64,000 bases of DNA from an uncultured Phycisphaerales bacterium (GCA_963755915.1 CAVWLP010000002.1:2112001-2176000), one strand, 5' to 3'. Positions 34,461-43,290 are shown, counted from the first letter of the stretch. A program made the numbers and translations. The notes: a model not told the origin generated them from the sequence alone.

Positions 34461-36956
34461 ACGAACAATCGCAACAAAAGTCCAATCCAACGGACGATCT
34501 GAAAACATTGCCGATGGCAGAGGTGGAGAAGAGATTGCACTCTTCGCCGGATGGTCTCAGTCAGGCTGAGGCTGCGAAACGGCTCGCTCAATACGGACCG
34601 AACGAGATCGCGGAGAAGAAGACCAACCTGCTCCTGAAATTTCTTTCGTATTTCTGGGGCCCGATCCCCTGGATGATTGAAGTGGCGGTCATCCTCTCGG
34701 GCGTGGTCCACCATTGGCCCGATTTTTTCATCATCCTCCTTTTGCTGGTTTGCAACGCCGTTGTGGGATTCTGGGAGGAGCGCCAGGCGGGCAACGCCAT
34801 CGCTGCCTTAAAGAAAACACTGGCGATTCAGTCAAAGGCCAAACGTGACGGCAAATGGATCACACCTCCGGCTCGCGAGCTCGTACCGGGCGATGTTATT
34901 CGCTTGCGACTAGGCGACATTATTCCCGCGGATGCGCGCCTGCTGGCGGGCGACGAAGTGGCCGTCGATCAATCCGCACTTACAGGCGAATCATTGCCGG
35001 CAACGCACAAACCTGGCGACGCCGTCTTTTCCGGTTCGATCATGCGCCGCGGTGAAATCGACGCACTGGTGTATGCCACCGGCACGCACACCTACTTCGG
35101 CAAAACAGCCCAATTGGTCGGGGAAGCGCAAACCGCGAGCCATTTCCAACGCGCGGTGTTGAAGATCGGCAATTTCCTCATCATCCTCGCCGTGGCTCTG
35201 GTGGTTGTAATTATTGCCGTCGCGATCTGCCGCGGGGACCGGATCCTCACCACGTTGCAGTTCGCTCTGGTGCTGACGGTTGCCGCAATTCCGGTCGCGA
35301 TGCCGACGGTTTTGTCGGTGACAATGGCCGTCGGCGCGCGCCTCATGGCCAAGAAGAAGGCGATTGTCAGCCGGCTTGTGGCCATCGAGGAACTGGCCGG
35401 TGTTGATATACTCTGCTCGGACAAGACGGGCACTCTCACTCAAAACAAGCTGACGCTGGGCGATCCGTTCACGGTCGATAACATTCCCGCCGACTAGGTC
35501 ATCCTTGCCGCCGCGCTGGCTTCGCGCGGAAGATAAGGACACCATCGACCTCGCCGTCCTCGGTGGTGTGAAGGACGAGAAAACGTTGAAGACCTATCAA
35601 GTCGTTCACTTCAAGCCGTTTGACCCCGTCCAGAAGCGCACCGAAGCCACGATCATAGGCGCGGACGGAAAGCAGTTCGATGTAGCCAAGGGCGCACCGC
35701 AGGTGATTCTGCAGATGTCGACGAATGCTGGTGAGGTAAAGACGGCCGTAGAGAAGGCCGTCAATGATTTTGCCGGACGCGGCTTTCGTTCCTTGGGCGT
35801 TGCCCGCGCAGACGAGAAGGGCAAGTGGCGTTTTCTGGGTGTGTTGCCAATGTCCGATCCTCCGCGAGAAGATGCCAAGGCAACCATCGCCACCGCCCGA
35901 CAAATGGGCGTCAGCATTAAAATGGTTACGGGCGATCAAATCGCCATCGCTCGCGAAATGTCCAGGGAGTTGGGCCTGGGAACCAATATCCTTGACGCCA
36001 GCGGGTTAGGGGATTCCAAAAAGAAGGAATCCCCCGAGGAAACCCAACTCGTTGAAAAGGCGGACGGCTTCGCCCAGGTATTTCCCGAGCACAAGTTTCA
36101 CATCGTCGACATTCTGCAAAAGCGCGGTCATATCGTCGGCATGACCGGCGATGGAGTGAATGATGCACCAGCCTTGAAAAAGGCCGACTGCGGTATCGCC
36201 GTCTCCGGAGCAACCGACGCGGCCCGCGCGGCCGCATCCATCGTCCTGCTGACCTCTGGACTATCGGTAATCATCGACGCGATCAAAGAAAGTCGCCGGA
36301 TCTTTCAGCGGATGAATAGTTATGCCATCTACCGCATCGCCGAAACGCTGCGCGTACTGTTTTTCATGACCCTCGCAATTCTAGTGTTCAATTTTTATCC
36401 GCTGACCGCCGTGATGATTGTGATGCTGGCATTGCTCAACGATGGAGCGATCCTCTCCATCGCGTATGACAACGTTCATTACAAGGACAAACCCGAGGCA
36501 TGGAACATGCGCGTGGTGTTGGGGATTTCCACCGTGCTGGGCGTCATCGGCGTCGTCTCAGCGTTCGGCCTGTTTTACCTCGGCGAACGCGTCTTCCGCC
36601 TCGACCGCTCGCACATCCAGACCTTGATGTATTTGAAATTATCTGTGGCCGGCCATCTGACAATCTTTCTCACCCGCACGCGCGGACCGTTCTGGTCCAT
36701 CAAGCCGGCGAAGATTCTCTGGATCGCCGTTCTCGGCACGCAAGCCATCGCCACATTGATCGCAGTCTACGGAATCTTTATGACGCCCCTCGGTTGGGGT
36801 TGGGCCGCATTTGTCTGGGGTTACGCCCTCGGATGGTTCCTGATTAACGACCGCATCAAGCTGCTCGCGTATCGAATCTTTGATCCGACAAATGCCACGT
36901 CGATTGTGAAAAAACCGATCGCGACGGTCGCAACCGTCGCCGTACCAGCCGTTTGA
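34457..36956 (+). pseudogene. Plasma-membrane H+-ATPase (P3A) #2, interrupted by TAG at 35495-35497 and an adjacent 2-nt frameshift
   Basis: FWGPIPWMIE, TGES, IPVAMPTVLSVTMA, CSDKTGTLT, KGAP, GDGVNDAPALKKAD, ALLNDG; the break could be a sequencing error. Confidence 0.85.
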
Positions 36957-36973
36957 ATAAATGGAGCAATAGA

Positions 36974-37381
36974 ATGAATACCCGTCAACATGATCACGAA
37001 CCATTCGCAACTGGCCATCGAAGCCACCCGGTTACTTTACTCAGTGCGGCCGTCGCCTCCGCTGATAATGCATTCATAGATGCATTGGAACTGCGCGAGG
37101 ACATTCAGCTTTGTGCCTTCCGTAAATGAGAGGCCGCTGGCAAGCCTGCCGGGGATGGTGTTCATTTTTGGTTGCAAGCGGAGAAAGAACTCGCCGAAAC
37201 AGGAATTGAAATGTCGGTCGGTCGGAACGATCGGCGCCTCGATCGTTCGCTTGAGACGCAGGCCGCCGGAGAGAATGCGAAGGCGCTCAATGCGAGCGTG
37301 GACAGCCACTACCGGGACAACAACAGGATGTTCCAACGCCACGGCGATCGCGGGCACAGGCACGGCGTGAAGAACGACTAA
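36974..37381 (+). pseudogene. DUF2934-domain protein with premature stop (TGA at 37127 in place of the conserved Trp)
   Basis: EDIQLCAFRK*EAAGKPAGDGVHFWLQAEKEL aligns with neighbour IRLYAYRRWEIAGKPAGDGIPFWLEAEKQL. Confidence 0.75.
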
Positions 37382-37468
37382 CGCCGTTGGAGCCACAATT
37401 CGGTATTGCTACGGTAGCGGTAGCCGAGACCTTTTGAGTTTTTACGATTGAGACCAGAGAACACAACC

Positions 37469-37780
37469 ATGCAGAGACAAAACCAGATTCTTCCAGCGTC
37501 GGGACGGGCCAATCCAACTGCACCCGCGGATAAAGCACCAATCCTCGCCGGATTGGCCAACGAGGTCGATAGCGCCCGCGTCATCTCAGCGGACGCCATC
37601 AGGCTTTACGCCTACCGGAGATGGGAGATAGCGGGAAAGCCCGCCGGAGACGGTATTCCGTTCTGGCTGGAAGCCGAGAAACAATTGGCCGCCGAGAACG
37701 AAGTTACCTCGGGCCGCGGCAACAGTCAGGATGCCGACCGACACCTCGGAGTCCGACATCCCCATTCCTTGAAGAGATAA
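37469..37780 (+). CDS. DUF2934-domain protein
   Basis: IR..AY..WE..G.P.G....W..AE..L signature. Confidence 0.8.
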   Translation: MQRQNQILPASGRANPTAPADKAPILAGLANEVDSARVISADAIRLYAYRRWEIAGKPAGDGIPFWLEAEKQLAAENEVTSGRGNSQDADRHLGVRHPHSLKR

Positions 37781-37830
37781 CACCGGGATTTCACTGTGGT
37801 ACCACAGATGAACGTCCTCTAGTAATCATC

Positions 37831-37915
37831 ATGAAAATCAAATCGAAGGATTTCCGTGTTGACGCTGAAGACAATGTTAAGCTCCGGAAATGGCCGACAA
37901 CTATCGCGCCCATTT
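37831..37915 (+). pseudogene. N-terminal remnant resembling polyphosphate kinase 2
   Basis: MKIKSKDFRVDAEDNVKLRKWPT resembles the N-terminus of PPK2-family proteins; similarity stops after ~28 codons. Confidence 0.45.
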
Positions 37916-38171
37916 TGCCTGTCGGGCAGGCGACTCATATCGTTCCTCCAGCATCTACAGCGTGGCCCAGAGTTTGGGTCGCGACTGCAGCGAACCCGTA
38001 AAAGATACCACGAATATTTCCCGCATAATGTCTGATACCGGACAGACAGCCCATTTATACAGTCGTACAAATGCCGCGCATGATGGGTGCCTCCGGGCAA
38101 AACAGGCGCCCAACGCGTGACGGGCCGAGAATCCGTTTCGCCGGACTGAGTTTTTTTGGGCAGAAAAATCG

Positions 38172-39355
38172 GTGAATCCACTTCTTTTACAACTTACACA
38201 TCCTCCATTCCCCAGGGTGGCCGAAATCATTCGATCCGGGGCGGAGGAGATTACGCAGGAATGGGACGGCGCCGTTCGGCAAGCCATGCCGCAGATGCGC
38301 CATCTGACATTCGACGAGCTGAAAGATTCGACGCCTCAAATATTGCTCGCCATCGCCGACGCTCTTGCGTCGGATAATCCGGAGGTGATTCGGGAACTGG
38401 TAAGGCGGGCCCCGTCCCAGGGGCTTTCCCGTTTCCGGCTGAACTTCGACGTTGTGGAGGTCATGCAAGAGGATCGGCTTCTGCGGGCGATTATTGTCTT
38501 GCACGTGGAGACGGAACTGGGCCGCCGGATGGACGCCCTGGAATCCGCGGCGCTGCACGCGGCGGTCGATGTCATGCTTCAGCGGTCGGTGATCGCCCTT
38601 GTAGAGCAGCAGAAGTGTCAGCTCCGGGCGGCTGCGGAAAGAGAATTGAAGTACCTTTCGTTCCTGTCGCACGACCTGAACAATCACCTTTATGGGGTCA
38701 CCCTGTCGCTCGATGAATTACGCTGCCGTTTGAGCAACACAACCGGTTTCGACGGCGCTGCGGATTCCCTGGCTCGCGCTCAGAACTCGATTCAGACCAC
38801 GGTTGCGGGTATGCGGCGTCTGCTCGATCGGGAAATGCTTCGCAAGTCCGGCGAGAAGACGAAGTTCTTGCCGGTGGATTTGCAGTCTCTGGTCACGAGG
38901 ATCGCGGAACAGTTCTCGCCGGAGGCGGATGCCAAGGGTGTAAGGCTGGCGGTCGAAGTGCGGCCAGGCACGGTGGTCGTCTCGGATGGGGAACTGCTCT
39001 CGCTGGTTCTGCAAAATCTCGTCGGCAACGGCGTGAAATTTAGCAGCGGCGGTACCGTTCGCATAGGTTGCGACGGCGCGGCCGAAGGGGGGCGACCCGT
39101 CATATCGATATCGGACCAGGGCCGGGAATAGCCCCGGAAAAGATAGGCCACATCTTCGAGGCATTCAAAAGAGGCGAGGTATACGGCCAGCGCGGAGTGG
39201 GGCTGGGACTGTCCATTGCATCGCAAGCGGCGAGGCATCTGGGCGCCGAGCTGACGGTGGATTCGGAACTCGACATCGGTACCACATTTCGGTTGAAGCT
39301 GATTGGCGAGCTCAAACGAGAAACCATTCGTCAGGGCAAAATGATGATGACATGA
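38172..39355 (+). CDS. Cytoplasmic sensor histidine kinase (frameshift ~39122)
   Basis: H-box FLSHDLNN, N-box QNLVGNGVKF, DQG.G, G-box GVGLGLSI, GTTF. Confidence 0.85.
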
Positions 39356-39456
39356 CTGGCTTTCCGAATCTTTTCGACTTAGCCGGTCCGGCGGCCTATA
39401 ATTTGCAGCTAGGGAAGCTTCAAATACTCAGGTCCTTAGCCAATCTGTATCGCATC

Positions 39457-39567
39457 TCGGATGACTAAATAAAGGGTAGTCCTGGCAAGGGCCGGAAGAC
39501 CCATTAACAAGTAAGCCGACGCAATCGAGTTCCGAAACTTCGGGATTCGGATGCGTCGGCTTTTTTT
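39457..39567 (+). ncRNA. Conserved structured 5' leader, copy 4
   Basis: TCGGATGACTAAATAAAGGGTA..GACCCATTAACAAGTAAGCCGACGCA..GAGTTCCGAAACTTCGGGATTC..TGCGTCGGC-T7. Confidence 0.8.
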
Positions 39568-39695
39568 GTTTATTTGGAATCTCCGGCCGGTTCAGGCTTC
39601 CTGAAAAAAATTGAACGCGGGTATTCGTTTTCTCAGGTCGCGACGCGTGTCGCGCTTGAGGCCCGAATTGGAACCTTTGATTCTGAGGAGATGTT

Positions 39696-39890
39696 ATGAA
39701 GACGATAAATGGTCTGGCGCTGGCGGCGACGCTGGCGGCTTGTTTCTCTTTCTTCGGCTGCGAAACCTCCCATTCGGAGTCCACTACGCCGGGTCTCTTC
39801 GGCGGCACGACGCATGAAGAGACTACCACCACGCATAATCCGATCACGAATACGGACGACAAGACCCAGACCGAGACAAAGACGCCTTGA
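39696..39890 (+). CDS. Small Thr-rich lipoprotein
   Basis: GAGGAG RBS; signal peptide ending FFGC. Confidence 0.7.
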   Translation: MKTINGLALAATLAACFSFFGCETSHSESTTPGLFGGTTHEETTTTHNPITNTDDKTQTETKTP

Positions 39891-39990
39891 GGTCTGCCCG
39901 GTGAGCGGGTGCCGTAACCCCGCCGGTGTCGTTCGGGCGGGCAGGACGGGATGAGATTTTGGTCTGTTTAGGAAGGATGCGGAAATCATC

Positions 39991-40332
39991 ATGGGAAAAG
40001 AACAAGTATCTCAAGCTCTGTTTCAATCCCTCGGCCCAGATGGAATCGATTGGTTGTTTATCGTCGGATTTGACGGCGATTGGACGATCAGCCGCAACGG
40101 CAATGAGGTCGGCCGCGGCACGGGCGAGCAGGCATCCATTGGTCCCGGTGTCCGCAAGTTCCTTAAGTTGACACACGTGAGCGTGGGTTCGGATGGCGCG
40201 TGCGATCCGGCCGTGGGCAGATTGCTCGATCGGATTGAACACGAAGCGCCGGCAACGGTGAAGGTTCCGAAATACCAGGGAAGGATCAGGACGCACGCAT
40301 CGAAAGATTGGATGGACTCTTTGATCGCATAA
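39991..40332 (+). CDS. Hypothetical protein
   Basis: 113-aa ORF co-oriented within the gene run. Confidence 0.45.
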   Translation: MGKEQVSQALFQSLGPDGIDWLFIVGFDGDWTISRNGNEVGRGTGEQASIGPGVRKFLKLTHVSVGSDGACDPAVGRLLDRIEHEAPATVKVPKYQGRIRTHASKDWMDSLIA

Positions 40333-40405
40333 GAAGGGACCATCGAGCCGTGTTGTTCACGGCCATGGCCTTCCCGGTTCTCAAGACTTCCGAAAGGAGC
40401 CTTTT

Positions 40406-40570
40406 ATGGGATTGATACTGTTAATTCTCGTGATTCTGCTGCTCGTGGGCGGCCTTCCCCACTGGGGTTACAGCCGCAATTGGGGATATGGACCAAGCGG
40501 AGGTTTGGGACTTGTTCTGCTGATCCTGATCCTATTGATGATCTTCAACGTGCTCCCGCGCGGCTTCTGA
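40406..40570 (+). CDS. DUF3309 family small membrane protein (54 aa, absent from the ORF track)
   Basis: AAAGGAG RBS; MGLILLILVILLLVGGLPHWGYSRNWGYGPSGGLGLVLLILILLMIFNVLPRGF. Confidence 0.88.
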   Translation: MGLILLILVILLLVGGLPHWGYSRNWGYGPSGGLGLVLLILILLMIFNVLPRGF

Positions 40571-40643
40571 TCGACCTTGATGGCCTCGCGCTGACGCGTA
40601 ATTGTTGTTTACTGAAACCATTTTTCATTTACAGGACATCACC

Positions 40644-40769
40644 ATGAATGCACCACTCCTATCAATGGTTACCGCAAAAGCCCCCGATCTCGCCAGTATT
40701 ATTTGGGTTGGCGGTGGCTCAGTCGGCCTTGTTGTTCTGATCGTCATTATTGTCCTAATCCTGCGCTGA
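40644..40769 (+). CDS. 41-aa membrane microprotein
   Basis: AGGA RBS; MNAPLLSMVTAKAPDLASIIWVGGGSVGLVVLIVIIVLILR. Confidence 0.55.
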   Translation: MNAPLLSMVTAKAPDLASIIWVGGGSVGLVVLIVIIVLILR

Positions 40770-40957
40770 GGACAAAGACTCGCGAAAATGCCACTGCCGG
40801 CAAACCCCGCTACGGCATTCCCGCGACGCCCTTTTCGGCTGCCGGTGACAGCAGGAACGCCCCGCGCAACGGTCCTAATTTTTGTTGTCGCGAGGGTGTT
40901 TGGGAAAAGGGAATGCCCTGCAGATAGTGCATATGGCATTACAAGGAGTCTTGGGAA

Positions 40958-41890
40958 ATGGCTCAGCGCCGGGGCTTTGACGGCAAAATCGACCCACGGA
41001 TGGCAACATCCCGCCTGGCATCGATCGGATTGCTTTTTAGGAAGGCCGCGTCGGAATGGCGCCAGGACAACGCCCTGCGGCTCTCGGCGGCGGTTTCCTT
41101 TTATACCGTCTTGTCCTTGGCGCCGCTGTTGGTCATCGTCATCAGAGCCATGGGAATCGCCCACGCCAGGCAATTTGCCCGCGAGCAGATCATCAGGCAG
41201 GCCACAAACCTGATGGGTACACAGGCGGCCGATGCGGTCAAGCCAATCATCGATAGCAGCGCCACCCAGGGCATCGGCTTTCTGGCAACGGCAATCAGCA
41301 CGGTCGTTTTGCTATTCTCCGCCACCAGCGTCTTCATTGAGTTGCAAGATTCAATGAACAGCATCTGGGGAGTGGAACTCAACGCACCCAGGGCAAACCG
41401 CGCCGAAAAAGCCGTGCTTACGTTTATCCGCGCACGCCTCCTGTCGCTGGCGATGGTCTTTGGCCTCGGCTTTCTGCTCATCTTCTTCATATTCGTCAGT
41501 GGAATTCTCACGGCCTTCCAACATCATATTGCCGACTTCGATCGATGGCCGGCCTATCTGACCAGTACGGCAATTTCTTGCGCTGTGGAATTCACGCTGT
41601 TCGGCGCCATATTCAAGTTCCTGCCGAACGTGCGGCTGGGATGGAAAAACGTCTGGCATGGGGCGTTGATCGCCGTCATTCTGTTTGGTGCCGGCAGATT
41701 TGGGCTGGCGATTTATTTCAAATATGCCCGCAACAACAACGTGTATGGCGCGGCCAGTTCCCTGCTGGCGGTATTGACCTGGATCTATTACTCGTCTTTC
41801 AGCCTCTTCTTCGGGGCCGAATTCACAAAGGTCTGGACCCGGCGATACGATCCGACTCATGCATCGCCCAGGCGTCACGCGGCACAATGA
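40958..41890 (+). CDS. YihY/virulence factor BrkB family membrane protein
   Basis: W..D...LSAAVSFYTVLSLAPLL, LQ.SMN.IW, YGAA.S, W.YYS....FGAE. Confidence 0.9.
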   Translation: MAQRRGFDGKIDPRMATSRLASIGLLFRKAASEWRQDNALRLSAAVSFYTVLSLAPLLVIVIRAMGIAHARQFAREQIIRQATNLMGTQAADAVKPIIDSSATQGIGFLATAISTVVLLFSATSVFIELQDSMNSIWGVELNAPRANRAEKAVLTFIRARLLSLAMVFGLGFLLIFFIFVSGILTAFQHHIADFDRWPAYLTSTAISCAVEFTLFGAIFKFLPNVRLGWKNVWHGALIAVILFGAGRFGLAIYFKYARNNNVYGAASSLLAVLTWIYYSSFSLFFGAEFTKVWTRRYDPTHASPRRHAAQ

Positions 41891-42198
41891 CGCAACGTAG
41901 GCGGAGGCGTCGCCCAACCCCCAAAGGCCAATTCGCTCCGGCTAGGGATGTCGTTGGCACATCGCTCGCGAACGATGCGGACTTCACGCGGGCCGAATCG
42001 AAATGACGCCCTCGCCCGCTGATGCTCCAATTCACGTCTAACACCGACGGTTGAGTGCTCCTCTCCACGGAAGACAGCGGTGCCAGAAAGCCGTTGTCTT
42101 CTGAGGTGGAAAATGCCGGTCGAACTTTTATGGCGCGTGATACGATTTCCGGGGGAAGGTAAGTTGTGCAGGTCGAGGGCAATGTCGAGAATACCAGG

Positions 42199-43152
42199 AT
42201 GAACGCTTCCGGCGGAGAAGATCTTGCACCCGTTCCTCAGCCCGTTCTTGCGCCACTTACGAGCGCGGCGATTTTTCTCGTTGTCTGTATCAAGCCGGAC
42301 AACGAAAGCCAGGCAACGGTCCGTTCATTCTGCGGCGAGCTGCCGGGCGTTTTCCGGGCCGTGGATTTTCGTCGTGTTGAAGGGGGACTCTCTTGTGTTG
42401 TGGGGTTCGGATCGGATGCTTGGGATAAGTTGTTCGGCACACCACGACCAGCCGAGCTTCATCCTTTTCGCGAGATTCGATCGGGGGATCGCCATGCCAT
42501 TTCCACGCCAGCCGACGCGGTGTTTCACATCCGCGCCAAGAGAATGGATCTGTGTTTCGAGCTGGTCACCGAAATCATGCAACGGATAGGTGGAGCGGTG
42601 TGTGCGGTTGATGAAACCCACGGCTTCCGCTATTTCGATGACCGTGATCTGTTGGGCTTTGTCGATGGGACAGAGGATCCGCGTGGTGAGGTCGCTCTGA
42701 ACGCTGCCCTGGTTGCCGAAGAAGACGCTCAGTTTGCAGCCGGAAGCTATGTCATCATTCAAAAATACCTGCATGACATGAGTCGGTGGAATTTGCTTTC
42801 TATTGAGGAGCAGGAGCGCATCATTGGACGCAAAAAGCTTTCGAATATAGAGCTGAGCGATGCGGTGAAACCTAGCAACGCCCACAATGCGCTGACGACA
42901 ATTGTGGAGAACGGAAAAGAGGTCAAGATTCTGCGGGACAACATGCCGTTTGGCAAGCCCGGTAGCGGCGAATTCGGAACGTACTTTATCGGCTACAGCC
43001 GATCGCCGCGGATCACCGAGCAGATGCTGGAAAACATGTTCGTTGGCCGTCCGTCAGGCAACTATGATCGACTTTTGGATTTCAGCCGGGCGGTTACTGG
43101 AAGCCTGTTTTTTGCCCCGTCAGCGACATTCCTCGAGAGCATTGGTCATTGA
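42199..43152 (+). CDS. Dyp-type peroxidase
   Basis: PQPVL.PL, GFVDGTE, Q.Y.H, SNAH, ILRDNMPFG, DRLLDFS. Confidence 0.9.
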   Translation: MNASGGEDLAPVPQPVLAPLTSAAIFLVVCIKPDNESQATVRSFCGELPGVFRAVDFRRVEGGLSCVVGFGSDAWDKLFGTPRPAELHPFREIRSGDRHAISTPADAVFHIRAKRMDLCFELVTEIMQRIGGAVCAVDETHGFRYFDDRDLLGFVDGTEDPRGEVALNAALVAEEDAQFAAGSYVIIQKYLHDMSRWNLLSIEEQERIIGRKKLSNIELSDAVKPSNAHNALTTIVENGKEVKILRDNMPFGKPGSGEFGTYFIGYSRSPRITEQMLENMFVGRPSGNYDRLLDFSRAVTGSLFFAPSATFLESIGH

Positions 43153-43208
43153 AAGCCATCTTATTCATTGAACCACCGAAACGACCGGATCACATTTGAA
43201 GGATCGTC

Positions 43209-43290
43209 ATGCTCAATGGATTCAGCCAGTTTTGTACGCGGGAACTTTGTCGATATGGCGGTCGGAGTTTTGGTCGGTGGTGCCTCTTCC
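43209..43290 (+). pseudogene. mscL: mscL 5' remnant
   Basis: MLNGFSQF then, after a frameshift, VRGNFVDMAVGVLVGGA, matching the MscL F..RGN.VD.AVG signature; the rest of the gene is missing. Confidence 0.55.

Noticed and set aside
35495-37129. Stop-codon recoding (pyrrolysine TAG, or Sec/Trp TGA)
   Set aside because: The TAG is accompanied by a frameshift, and many neighbouring genes end normally in TGA or TAG. Point mutation or sequencing error is simpler.
16494-39567. Four-copy motif as REP/MITE mobile repeat or coding repeat
   Set aside because: No terminal IRs or target duplications; always the same orientation, 5' of genes and ending in a T-tract. The ORF-track peptides that cross it (e.g. 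22726-22866, 31689-31775) look like spurious 5' extensions.
40775-40900. c-di-GMP-I-like riboswitch upstream of yihY (GGCAAACC seen)
   Set aside because: The GNRA tetraloop and GACGCAAAGC core are missing.
42199-43152. Dyp peroxidase as encapsulin cargo
   Set aside because: The protein ends at FLESIGH without the C-terminal GSL.IGSL-type targeting peptide, and no encapsulin gene follows.
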